Numbered from the stretch's first letter, positions 39,516 through 48,673 are shown. The stretch: DNA of 64,000 nucleotides from Methylobacter sp. (GCA_002928495.1 PERF01000001.1:5992-69991); one strand, 5' to 3'. Translations and numbers: made by a program. Notes: generated by a model not told the origin, from the letters alone.

Positions 39516-39984
39516 AAAAGATACACACTAAAATGATAATAAGCGTGGGCGCCAGATAAACATGAATCAATTCAAACCAGCCGGGGCGGTAGGCCACAAC
39601 AAAATAAAGCCCGCCGATTCGGATCAGATTAACGGCATAGATAAATACAGCACCACAAAACCAGCCCTGCAATTTCCAAAGCAAACGCGCAGGAAATGCG
39701 GCTATTGCAGCCAGCAGTAAAAATAATGCGCCGCTGCCGTCGCAGCCCCTGACAACTTGCAGATTGGCGTTGCCGGTTGCGGAAATCAGCTGGTTTTGAA
39801 ACGCACTGACATTTTCGCCGTTAAACAGATGGTTGATCAACCAAGCACAAACCTTGGTTACCCCGTGGTAATACACGGTGTTGGCAAGGGTGTGGTCGGG
39901 AACCTGAAAATAACCGGCGTCCAACAGCCAGTAACAGCCGATAAACGCCAGTAATCGAAGTAGCGGCGGCAAATGCAGTACCAA
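39460..39984 (-). CDS. xrtH: exosortase/archaeosortase family protein, compact form (best guess exosortase H, XrtH)
   Basis: 174 aa polytopic protein carrying, in order, Cys (VVRGCDGSGALFLL), Arg (VNLIRIGGLYF) and His (ELIHVYLAP). This is the catalytic-triad order of the exosortase family. It starts at TTG. Confidence 0.6.
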   Translation of the reverse strand: MVLHLPPLLRLLAFIGCYWLLDAGYFQVPDHTLANTVYYHGVTKVCAWLINHLFNGENVSAFQNQLISATGNANLQVVRGCDGSGALFLLLAAIAAFPARLLWKLQGWFCGAVFIYAVNLIRIGGLYFVVAYRPGWFELIHVYLAPTLIIILVCIFYGWWATQAQAYGPSTAAD

Positions 39985-40023
39985 GAATTATGTTGCCAAA
40001 AATCTGTCCGAAAGCGGAAACGG

Positions 40024-41274
40024 TTAATCTTTCATAAAGCGCTTGGCGTAACATTCCAAATGGGGAATATCAATGCGTAAACCTTTTAGCATGATATGCC
40101 AGTACAGCCAGGGAAAACCGGTGGTTTTACCCCACCACCAGAGGGAGCGCTCCACTCTGGGATCCAGCCAAGGGAAAGAAGGCGTCACTTTGCCACCGTA
40201 AGAAAATTCCGCCAGCATGACTTTGCCGATTGAGGTGGTTAATGGGCAGGAACCATAGCCGTCATAACCTTCTTTTACCGCTTGATTCCGCATCAATGCC
40301 AAAATGTTATCGACTACCACGGGCACTTGTTTGCGCACCGCGGCCGCAGTTTTGGCGTTGGTTGTCGCAGCCACGTCGCCCAAGGCAAAAATGTTGCCGT
40401 ATTTTGGGTGTTGCAGGCTTTTTTCATTGACTTCAACCCAGCCTGCAGCATTGGCCAGCGGACTTTGCTTGATAAAATCCGGGGCACTTTGTGGCGGGGT
40501 AACGTGGATCATATCAAACGCTTTGGTGACTTGCTCTTTACTGCCGTCACTACCGGTAACTTCAAAAGTGGCGGTTTTATTGGCACCGTCGATAGCGATT
40601 AAATTGTGGTTATAGTTAATTTTGGCGCCATAGCTTTCAGCCACTTTAACCAGGGCCTTGGCAAAAAACGGAACGCCGAACATGGCCGGGCCGGCATTAT
40701 AAAACTCAATGGAAAACTTATCCAAAATACCCTTTTTACGAAAGCGGTCGGCAGCCAGATACATAATTTTTTGTGGGGCACCGGCGCATTTAATCGGCAT
40801 TGGCGGTTGCGTGAACAAGGCATTGCCGGAGCTGATGTTTTGGATACATTCCCAGGTATATTCAACGCTGTCCGCTGAATAGTTACTGCACACATTATTT
40901 TTACCCAAGGTTTCCTGTAAACCGCTGACTTTATGCCAGTCCAGTTGGAGACCCGGACAGACTACCAAATAGTCGTAACCGATGACATCGCCGTTGCGTA
41001 AGGTAACCGTATTGTTTTCGGGCTGAAAAGAATCCGCATAGTCTTTGATCCAGGTGACGCCGGCAGGAATCAAGCCGGCTTCGGGTTTAAGGGTTTTGGC
41101 CAGCGTGTAAGCACCACCCCCAACAATGGTAAAGCCCGGCTGGTAATAGTGTTTCTCCGACGGTTCAACCAAGGCCATTTGCAGAGTCGAATTTTGCCGG
41201 CGCATGTTATTGGCAATAGAAATACCTGCTGCGCCGCCGCCGATGATCAAAAGGGTATAGTGCTGGTTTGACAT
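40024..41274 (-). CDS. sqr: sulfide:quinone oxidoreductase, type II (SQRDL-like) FAD-dependent oxidoreductase
   Basis: IIGGGAAG dinucleotide fold, VEPSEKHYYQPGFTIVGGG, and C-terminal CPLTTSIGKVMLAEFSYGG, resembling mitochondrial-type SQR as recalled. A GGAGGA RBS precedes ATG 41274. Confidence 0.75.
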   Translation of the reverse strand: MSNQHYTLLIIGGGAAGISIANNMRRQNSTLQMALVEPSEKHYYQPGFTIVGGGAYTLAKTLKPEAGLIPAGVTWIKDYADSFQPENNTVTLRNGDVIGYDYLVVCPGLQLDWHKVSGLQETLGKNNVCSNYSADSVEYTWECIQNISSGNALFTQPPMPIKCAGAPQKIMYLAADRFRKKGILDKFSIEFYNAGPAMFGVPFFAKALVKVAESYGAKINYNHNLIAIDGANKTATFEVTGSDGSKEQVTKAFDMIHVTPPQSAPDFIKQSPLANAAGWVEVNEKSLQHPKYGNIFALGDVAATTNAKTAAAVRKQVPVVVDNILALMRNQAVKEGYDGYGSCPLTTSIGKVMLAEFSYGGKVTPSFPWLDPRVERSLWWWGKTTGFPWLYWHIMLKGLRIDIPHLECYAKRFMKD

Positions 41275-41532
41275 TGAATCCTCCAAGTCTGTCTTTAGTT
41301 ATTTGATGGCTTATACCGTGGTAAAAACATATCAAAGTAAAAGGTTATTGCTTAGTTTTTACCTAAAAGGGGATTGCAGTCAATGATTATTTGTTGTGCT
41401 AAAAGCTAACCACAAATAAAGATTTTTTTGAAAAAGTTGAGAGTAAAATATCGTCAGTTTGCCGCAAATAAAAATAAATAAGAAATTCCCCCTACACCAG
41501 CTTGGAATCTTAGGTTCTATTGAGAGGAGAAC

Positions 41533-43227
41533 ATGCAGTTTGACAAAGGGTTTTTTGTTGAATTCAACCGTTTATCCCGGCCGTTTTGGCTAGGAGAAAG
41601 TCAAAGCCGAACACGTCAATTATTGCTGGTGTTAGCCGGCTTAACCGTATTACAAGTTGCGATCGCGGTGGTGATAACCGAGTGGAGCGCTAATTTGTTC
41701 AATGCCTTGGATCAGCGCTCGATGTCTGATTTTTATATGCAGATCGGGCTGATTCTTTTGATTTTTGCCGGCAGTATTGTCATCGCCGCGACCCATCTCA
41801 AGGTTAAACGGCGGTTGCAGATTGATTGGCGAACCTGGCTTACCGAGCATTTAATTCAGCGCTGGATGGGGGCAGGCCGGCACTATCTTATCACGCATGT
41901 CGAAGGCAAGAACCACGATAATCCTGACGGCAGAATTGCCGAGGATATCCGTATCGCCACGGAATCGGCCATCGATTTAACACATTCTTTGTTTTACAGT
42001 TTATTGCTGCTAATCAGTTTTACCCAAATTCTATGGACGTTATCCGGGGTTGTCACCTTGGATTTAGGATTGCTCAGCGTTCCCATTCACGGCTATTTGG
42101 TGATGCTGGCATTAATTTATGCCGGTGGCGGCTCAATTTTGGGTTGGTGGATAGGCAGGCCTTTGACCAAAGCAACCGATTACCGGCAGTCGGTCGAAGC
42201 CAACTTTCGCTTTCGGTTGGTCAGACAACGGGAAAACTCGCAAGCCATCGCCCTGGTTCGTGGCGAAAACATGGAGCAAAAACGGTTACAGGTTTTGTTT
42301 TCCCGTGTCAGTGAGGCGTGGCAGCAGCAAACCCAGGCCTGGGCGAATATTTTAATGTTTACTTCCGGTTATTCGGTATTGTCGATGGCGTTTCCCATTC
42401 TGGTTTCTGCACCGCGTTATATTCTAGGCATAATTCCGTTGGGTGCCCTGATGCAATCGGTGCAAGCGTTCCAGCAAATGGTTTCCGCTTTGTCCTGGCC
42501 GGTGGACAACATGGCCAAAGTTGCGGAATGGCGGGCATCCGTGGAACGTGTGCTCGGCCTGATCAGAGCACTGGACACGCTGGAGCGGGAAATGGGCCGG
42601 CCCGATCCCCGCAAAATCCGCTTGGTCAAATCGGAAAAACCTATCCTGGCGTTTCATGACTTATGCATTGCCAAGTTAAACGGCGAAGTAATCATTTCCG
42701 GTGTGAATGAGGAAATTTTTGCCGGGCAACGCGTGCTGCTTACCGGAAACGCTTTTACCGCCTCCAAGTTGATAAAAGCGATTGCCGGCTTATGGCCGTG
42801 GGGCTGCGGTTTTATCGAATTGCCGGACGATGAGCCTATGTATTTTATGCCGCCTTTGCCGTATTTGCCTTCCGTCGATTTAAGATCGGCCATTTGCTAT
42901 CCGCATGCGGTGGAAAAATTTTCCGACGACGCCATTGGCTATGCGCTAAATTTAGCAGGATTGCCGGATTTACTGTCGCAGCTCGATCGCACCGAAACCT
43001 GGGACGATGTATTGTCACGCGAGCAACAACAACGTTTGGGATTTGTACGTTTACTGCTGAATAAACCTAGGTGGGTATTAATCCAAGAAGCCTTCGATTC
43101 GCTGGATCCGGAAGGTGAAAAAAACCTGTTGCAAACCATTGTTCATGAACTTCCTGAAGCAACGTTTTTAACCATATCCAATCAGCCCACTGCGGAAGCG
43201 TTTCACGAGCGGCTTATCCGTGTTTAG
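41533..43227 (+). CDS. SbmA/BacA-family ABC half-transporter with a degenerate nucleotide-binding domain
   Basis: YddA/BacA-like TM domain plus a C-terminal ABC fold (KAIAGLWPWG, LSREQQQRLGFVRLLL). The Walker A, Q-loop, signature, Walker B and H-loop residues are all substituted. Confidence 0.8.
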   Translation: MQFDKGFFVEFNRLSRPFWLGESQSRTRQLLLVLAGLTVLQVAIAVVITEWSANLFNALDQRSMSDFYMQIGLILLIFAGSIVIAATHLKVKRRLQIDWRTWLTEHLIQRWMGAGRHYLITHVEGKNHDNPDGRIAEDIRIATESAIDLTHSLFYSLLLLISFTQILWTLSGVVTLDLGLLSVPIHGYLVMLALIYAGGGSILGWWIGRPLTKATDYRQSVEANFRFRLVRQRENSQAIALVRGENMEQKRLQVLFSRVSEAWQQQTQAWANILMFTSGYSVLSMAFPILVSAPRYILGIIPLGALMQSVQAFQQMVSALSWPVDNMAKVAEWRASVERVLGLIRALDTLEREMGRPDPRKIRLVKSEKPILAFHDLCIAKLNGEVIISGVNEEIFAGQRVLLTGNAFTASKLIKAIAGLWPWGCGFIELPDDEPMYFMPPLPYLPSVDLRSAICYPHAVEKFSDDAIGYALNLAGLPDLLSQLDRTETWDDVLSREQQQRLGFVRLLLNKPRWVLIQEAFDSLDPEGEKNLLQTIVHELPEATFLTISNQPTAEAFHERLIRV

Positions 43228-43259
43228 CCGGTTACATTTAAAAAACCAAGAGAAATAAT

Positions 43260-44375
43260 ATGGCTGAAAAACCCACAGCGTTGACAAAATTACGCGGCGT
43301 TAACCTTGGCGGCTGGCTGGTTTTGGAAAAATGGATGACGCCCAGCTTGTTTAAAGGCCTGGCAGCAGTCGATGAAACCTCGTTTTGCGTTGAATTAGGT
43401 GCAAAAGCGGCACCGATACTCAGAAAGCACTGGAATAGCTTTATCACTCATCAAGATTTTGAATGGCTGGCCTCCATTGGCATCAACGCGGTCAGAATTC
43501 CGCTAGGGCATTGGTTGTTTGGCGCCGGCTACCCTTATCACTCCAGTTACGGCGCCAATTCAGAACCTTATGTCAGCGGTGGTTTGGATATTCTGGACCG
43601 GGCCTTTAACTGGGCGGAATATTTTGGCATGAATATCCTATTGGATTTACATGCCGCGCCCGGTTGTCAAAACGGCTTCGATAACGGCGGTATCAAAGAT
43701 GTCTGCGAATGGCACACCAAAGCGGACTACATCGAGCATGCTTTGAAGGTACTGGAGCGCTTGGCCGAACGCTACCATCAAAGCCCGGCCTTGCGCGGCA
43801 TACAGACGTTAAACGAACCGCGCTGGGATATCCCCACCGCATTACTCAGTGACTACCACGCCGAAGCCTATCGGCGAATCCGCCGCTATTGCCCGCCGGA
43901 GCAGGTTGCTGTTGTTATTCACGACGGATTTCGTTCTTACAAAGAATACCAAGGTGTTTTTGAGTCCGCCGGGTTTAGTAATGTGGTGTTCGATATTCAC
44001 CGCTATCAATGCTTCGTGCCCGAAGATATTAATATGGACATTTACGGCCATATCCGGAAAGCCGCCATTGACTGGAAAAACGAAGCCGACGACATTATCG
44101 ACCATTTCAAGCTGCCGGTTTACCTGGGCGAATGGAGTTTGGGGTTAGATCCCAAAATGTCCGAACTGTGGGCCAAAGGGCCATTCAATCACAATCTGAC
44201 AAAAATGGATGCCTTTCAAACCAATCTTGCCCACCGTGCCTTTGCTGCCGCACAACTGGTAAGCTTTGAAAAATACTTGGGTTGGTTTTTTTGGAGTTAC
44301 AAAACGGAAGACGCGCCGGGCTGGTGTTTTCGCGATTGTGTGGAAAACGGTTGGTTGCCCGATAAGTTTGGTTGA
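43260..44375 (+). CDS. glycoside hydrolase family 5 (glucan 1,3-beta-glucosidase-like)
   Basis: LRGVNLGGWLVLEKWMTPSLF, acid/base LNEP and nucleophile GEWS. No signal peptide is seen. Confidence 0.8.
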   Translation: MAEKPTALTKLRGVNLGGWLVLEKWMTPSLFKGLAAVDETSFCVELGAKAAPILRKHWNSFITHQDFEWLASIGINAVRIPLGHWLFGAGYPYHSSYGANSEPYVSGGLDILDRAFNWAEYFGMNILLDLHAAPGCQNGFDNGGIKDVCEWHTKADYIEHALKVLERLAERYHQSPALRGIQTLNEPRWDIPTALLSDYHAEAYRRIRRYCPPEQVAVVIHDGFRSYKEYQGVFESAGFSNVVFDIHRYQCFVPEDINMDIYGHIRKAAIDWKNEADDIIDHFKLPVYLGEWSLGLDPKMSELWAKGPFNHNLTKMDAFQTNLAHRAFAAAQLVSFEKYLGWFFWSYKTEDAPGWCFRDCVENGWLPDKFG

Positions 44376-44497
44376 CTATAAATTTTAAACGCAGGCAGGT
44401 TTACCTCGTTCGTATGCTTTGTGGAAACGGGGAAAGTTGACCTGATGATTGGGCAAGTCGATAGCGATTTTGCGGGTGTTTTCCTTGATTCCAGGCG

Positions 44498-44884
44498 TTA
44501 AATCTTGATGACAGTGTCGCTATAGAGTGCCACTGTGGCATCGTGGGTCAGCAAACGCATTGGCTCCAACAGCGCTTGGGCCACAAGAATACGGTCGAAT
44601 GGGTCTTGATGATGCGCCGGTAATCCCTCAATAGCAATCGCGTGTTCGGCTTCTACAGCAAGTAGGCGGTATCCCGATTCCTGAAAATACTGCAGTGCAT
44701 TACGGCTGGAAACCGGCATGTCGCCTCGGCCGAGCGAATGTTTGATGGCAATCTCCCAGAGGCTGGCTACGCTAATCCATACTGCGGTTTTGGGCGATAG
44801 AATCAGCTCGCGGGCTTGTTCCACCAGTTTGGGACTGTCCGTAATAGCCCACAGGGCAATGTGGGTATCCAGCAACAAATTCAA
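44498..44884 (-). CDS. vapC: type II toxin VapC (PIN-domain ribonuclease)
   Basis: PIN acidic residues lie in LLDTHIALW, WEIAIK, DPFDRIL and THD. There is an ATGA overlap with the upstream antitoxin. Confidence 0.88.
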   Translation of the reverse strand: MNLLLDTHIALWAITDSPKLVEQARELILSPKTAVWISVASLWEIAIKHSLGRGDMPVSSRNALQYFQESGYRLLAVEAEHAIAIEGLPAHHQDPFDRILVAQALLEPMRLLTHDATVALYSDTVIKI

Positions 44885-45126
44885 GACCGGACCTCGCCGA
44901 TGAATAACCGGGCGACTTCGTCGTTGTGCGCATCGATGTTGTCGGGCACCTCGAATAAGCCTTTGGCCACGCCAATCCGCGCTTCGGGCAGAGCATTGTA
45001 CGGCACCAGTTTGGCGGCCGGGCGGCCATTGCGGGCAATGATGATTTCACGCTCTTCGCCTTGCTCGATAGCTTCTACCAAGCGTGATAGTGTAGATTTG
45101 GCTTGTAACATATTAACAGTTAGCAT
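44881..45126 (-). CDS. type II antitoxin, Phd/YefM family
   Basis: 81 aa with LQAKSTLSRLVEAIEQGEEREIIIARNGRPAAKLVP, typical of Phd/YefM antitoxins paired with VapC. Confidence 0.85.
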   Translation of the reverse strand: MLTVNMLQAKSTLSRLVEAIEQGEEREIIIARNGRPAAKLVPYNALPEARIGVAKGLFEVPDNIDAHNDEVARLFIGEVRS

Positions 45127-45508
45127 GACATGCTCCCAAAAGGTTAGTCTAGTCTAGCTAGGCATAAATGGTCAATCGATATCCTCGATACCCAAAATCC
45201 CTGCAATTGAATTTTCCGCCTGCTGTTCCAGGCGATGCTGTTCTAAACAGCATCCCTTATATGCTGATTCATTCAGTATTTTGTCTTTGCCGGATGCAAA
45301 CGGGGTTTGAAGGCGGCGCAATACCACTATCAATGAGATGATAGGGTGGTTATTCATTGCCAATATCGATTTTCATTATGAAAATAGCTGGCGAAAAACG
45401 CTATTGCCAGTGGCAAGTTTACAATTCCACAAGGTATATGGGTTTAGTCTATAAAAGACGATGGCCTGGGCGATGTTTATGTCCGTGGCATAAAGTTTCT
45501 CTTGGCGA

Positions 45509-45979
45509 TTAAAAAACTCGCAGCCAATCAAGCGTTGCAAGTGCCGGTTTTCCGCTGATGTCCGGAATTATGCGTAATTCAATTGTGGTGACCTCTGCCA
45601 AGTCCATAAGATGGTCTTCCAGTTCCTGATTGCCGCCTTCAGGGTTAAAATTCCATTGTTGCCGGACGATTTCGATGTATGAGGCTCCGTTATTCTGAGA
45701 TGCAAGAAGCACGTATTCCTGCGTTCTGCTGGTTGTCACTTCGGTAAAGCATAGCTTTATATGCTGTATCCGTTGCGGCTGTTTAAAAATTAAGCGTATG
45801 GTTTGCTCTCCGGGTTTATCCGCCCGCCAGCCTTGATCCAACTCGGGTAGTAAAGCGGCTTCAATGGGGTAGCCGGGCTGTTCGGAGCTGATTTCGACAT
45901 CCGCAAGCTTTTCCAGATCCAGCCAGCCAGCGGCCGAAGATTCTAGGAGGGGTGAGTTAGCGATTATTCGTTTTTGCAT
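45509..45979 (-). CDS. hypothetical protein, possibly a galactose-binding (discoidin)-like fold
   Basis: 156 aa with the pattern VEISSEQPGYPIEAAL...GWRADKPGEQTIRLIFKQPQRIQHIKLCF, reminiscent of F5/8 type C-like domains. The call is low-confidence. Confidence 0.45.
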   Translation of the reverse strand: MQKRIIANSPLLESSAAGWLDLEKLADVEISSEQPGYPIEAALLPELDQGWRADKPGEQTIRLIFKQPQRIQHIKLCFTEVTTSRTQEYVLLASQNNGASYIEIVRQQWNFNPEGGNQELEDHLMDLAEVTTIELRIIPDISGKPALATLDWLRVF

Positions 45980-46132
45980 GGATTTGGGTAATGAGGGTTA
46001 AAAATGCGGGCCATGTTTACTACATGGCGGCGGTTTTAGAAAAAATCGGACTGCCGCAAAGGCGTGGAAAAACAACCCGTCAAGTAGCTAATAACCTTCT
46101 GACGTGTTGTTAAGATTAACAAAAATGGGGAA

Positions 46133-46167
46133 AGGGCATCCTGCGTGGATAATACGCAGGATGCCTT
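46133..46167 (-). terminator. strong hairpin terminator after the transketolase-family gene
   Basis: GGGCATCCTGCGT-ggataat-ACGCAGGATGCC(T) stem of 12 to 14 bp. On the minus strand it is followed by TTCCCCATTTTTG. Confidence 0.6.
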
Positions 46168-46202
46168 CCAAGCGTTACAACGGATTTCCTTGGTAAAACG
46201 GC

Positions 46203-48098
46203 TTATGCCTTCAAAAAGCTAGCCATGATGCCGGCAGGGTCTATGCCTTGGTGTGGGTATTGTTCCCATAACCCGCCGCAGCCTTCCTGGTGGGTGCCGA
46301 GGTGGGAATATTTTGGAGAATAGCCGCGTTCCAGCAGCCAAGTACCCATGCGGCTACCCAAACCGGTTTTGCGGTTGAAGGCTTCGACCACCAAAACCCG
46401 AGGCGATTTGCCGATTTTAGCCAACATGTCTTCATCAACCACGTTTAACGTCGGTTTGTTGATCAAGCCCACATCGACACCTTGCTGTTTTAAACGCTCA
46501 ACCGCATCCAACGAGCGGTATAGCGCTTCGCCAAAGCTGACGATATAACCTTGGGTGCCTTCGCGGATGACTTCGTCCTTGCCGGAGACGAATTTGTAAT
46601 CGCCGCCGAAAAAGTCGTTGCCGTTGCTGTCCAAAATCATCGGTACTTTGGCGCGCGTGGAGAAGATGAAACGTAAGCCCGGATTGAAGAAAATGGTTTC
46701 CAGACAAGCTTTCATCTGCAAGGCATCGGCTGGAAAATATAACTTGGTGTCGTAGCCGTCGTCCAAACCGTTGTCGGCAAAGAAATTGTTCAAACCGAAG
46801 TGGCAGGTGTTATCCGCCATATCGTCGATACCGGAATGGGAATAGTGGCTTAGAACATTCGAGTTATTCAATCGGGCCATGGTGATTTCGGAAATGGTCA
46901 TTTCCAGGAACGCGCTGAAGGTAGCGAAAATACCTTGCTTACCGGGTTCCATGCCGAAACCGGCGGCGGCTGAAAAGTTGCCGCGTTCCATAATGCCGGA
47001 AGAGACAAAAATTTCCGGATAAGCATCGTGAATTTTCTTTAAGCCGCAAGAGCCTTCCAGGTCGGTGTCGATTACGCGCACTTTTGCGATGCGTTCCTCT
47101 TGGCTTAACCGGCCGAGTATGGCCACGGCGGCATCGCCGAACACATTTCGGTTAGCATCCCATTTGTCGCTGGAACCCAGGAAGACGGCATCGTTTTTGG
47201 GAGCTTGGATGGTTTTTAGAAATTCAGCGGCGGCGGTTTGTCCGCGGCTCTCCAGATAATCCAATGCCACTTTTACGGAAACCACATCGTGGCCGTGGGT
47301 TGAACCTTCCAGCCCAACAATACCGGGGCACATTTTCCGGTGGTTGATAACAGCAACCGGGCCTGGGGTGTTGATGGCGGTGATAATGCGTTTAAACACA
47401 TCGTCCAAATCCTCGCCGTCGCCTTCCAACACGGTTAAACCATGACCGGCCAAGGTTTTTGCGGTACTGCAGCCTTTTAAATAATGGGATGGATGACCGG
47501 CAATGGTGACATCGTTGTCATCGATAATCAGTTTGACATTGAGGTTTTGCGCGACCGCCAAACGGGCGGCTTCGGCATCGTTACCTTCTTGTTGCGAGCC
47601 GTCGGAACCTAAGCAAAACACAATTTTGCCGGGATTGGCCATGGCAACGCCGTTAACATAGGGCCACATGTGGCCTAAACGGCCGGAGCTGAATTTAACA
47701 CCGGGAGTAAAACCTAACTCAGGGTGGCCGGGCAGATGCGAATGCGCGGCGCGGTATTCGGTTAGCCGTTCCGCCGCCAATTCGCCGTTTAATACCGACA
47801 TGAGATACTGGGTTCCGACACGGTGTCCGGCTTCGTCAAAAAATACCGGAACAAAATCCTCAGCGGCGCCCCGGAATAAGGCATCCATAATCATCACTTC
47901 CGGCACGGTGTCGTAAGGGCCGCCGGTGTGTCCACCCACGCCACGTGCGGCGCCGGTGGCCGTGAAAAACACCAGCGCGTCGCGGCATAATTGAATGTTC
48001 GCTGTCAGAGCGGCACGTTGTTCTTCGGTTAAAGTCTGTTGGTTTGGTTTTAAGCTAATGCGCTGGTAAGCGCCAAGATCAATGGGAAAGTTTGACAT
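46203..48098 (-). CDS. transketolase-family thiamine-diphosphate enzyme (divergent)
   Basis: GHPELGF, a GSDGSQQEGN...IIDDNDVTIAG ThDP/Mg-binding-like motif, and Pyr and C-terminal TK domains. It is 631 aa. Confidence 0.65.
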   Translation of the reverse strand: MSNFPIDLGAYQRISLKPNQQTLTEEQRAALTANIQLCRDALVFFTATGAARGVGGHTGGPYDTVPEVMIMDALFRGAAEDFVPVFFDEAGHRVGTQYLMSVLNGELAAERLTEYRAAHSHLPGHPELGFTPGVKFSSGRLGHMWPYVNGVAMANPGKIVFCLGSDGSQQEGNDAEAARLAVAQNLNVKLIIDDNDVTIAGHPSHYLKGCSTAKTLAGHGLTVLEGDGEDLDDVFKRIITAINTPGPVAVINHRKMCPGIVGLEGSTHGHDVVSVKVALDYLESRGQTAAAEFLKTIQAPKNDAVFLGSSDKWDANRNVFGDAAVAILGRLSQEERIAKVRVIDTDLEGSCGLKKIHDAYPEIFVSSGIMERGNFSAAAGFGMEPGKQGIFATFSAFLEMTISEITMARLNNSNVLSHYSHSGIDDMADNTCHFGLNNFFADNGLDDGYDTKLYFPADALQMKACLETIFFNPGLRFIFSTRAKVPMILDSNGNDFFGGDYKFVSGKDEVIREGTQGYIVSFGEALYRSLDAVERLKQQGVDVGLINKPTLNVVDEDMLAKIGKSPRVLVVEAFNRKTGLGSRMGTWLLERGYSPKYSHLGTHQEGCGGLWEQYPHQGIDPAGIMASFLKA

Positions 48099-48673
48099 AG
48101 TAATTTGCTTAAGTAAGGTAAGGTTATGTTTGTTATAGGCAGTGAGCTTTCGCGCTGCCAGGTTGGGTCTGGTATTACTGAAAAAATGGTAATTTATTGC
48201 TTATTAATTGTCATTCGTTAATATACAAAGTCGCTTAAACTTCTGTATTAGGATGATCATAATTCAGCGCTAATGATCATGCAAACCCAGTTGCGGGTTG
48301 AGTAAAACGAGATAGGGAAAGGGGCTGTCGATTGCGCCTGGATTGCACCAAATTCATGGAAAATCGAATCTTTTGCACTACAAAAGCGCATGGTAATGAA
48401 TTCCAGGGTTTTAAACGCTGATATTCGAAAATATCGCATTACGCATAACGGGGCTTAAAGCATCACTGCTTTCTTATAGCCTGTTGGATCAATTATTGCT
48501 GTCTTTGTAAAGCCATTTTATTTTCACCCATTGCCTGAAGAATACAGGCAAATGCTTTCAATGGCCGAGTCCGCAAAGTTTTTTTAATGTTATGGAATCC
48601 AAAACTTATGTATACCAAATCTTTTACATCTTTGGCTAATCCTAACCTAAGCACTGATAACCCGGCCTTCGAA

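Noticed and set aside
41387-41419. An inverted repeat TTATTTGT-N17-ACAAATAA in the sqr / ABC divergent spacer
   Set aside because: The arms are short and entirely AT-rich, and the loop is long. In AT-rich promoter DNA such a repeat is expected by chance.
45172-45363. A 63-aa minus-strand ORF between the hypothetical discoidin-like gene and the antitoxin
   Set aside because: It has no recognisable family and no clear RBS, and it sits in what looks like islet-flanking non-coding DNA. It may be a gene remnant, but I cannot support a call.
45378-45512. A 44-codon plus-strand ORF (MKIAGEKRYCQWQ...) starting inside the 17-bp palindrome
   Set aside because: It is below any confident coding threshold, has no Shine-Dalgarno sequence, and its end overlaps the convergent gene stop. 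It is most likely chance.
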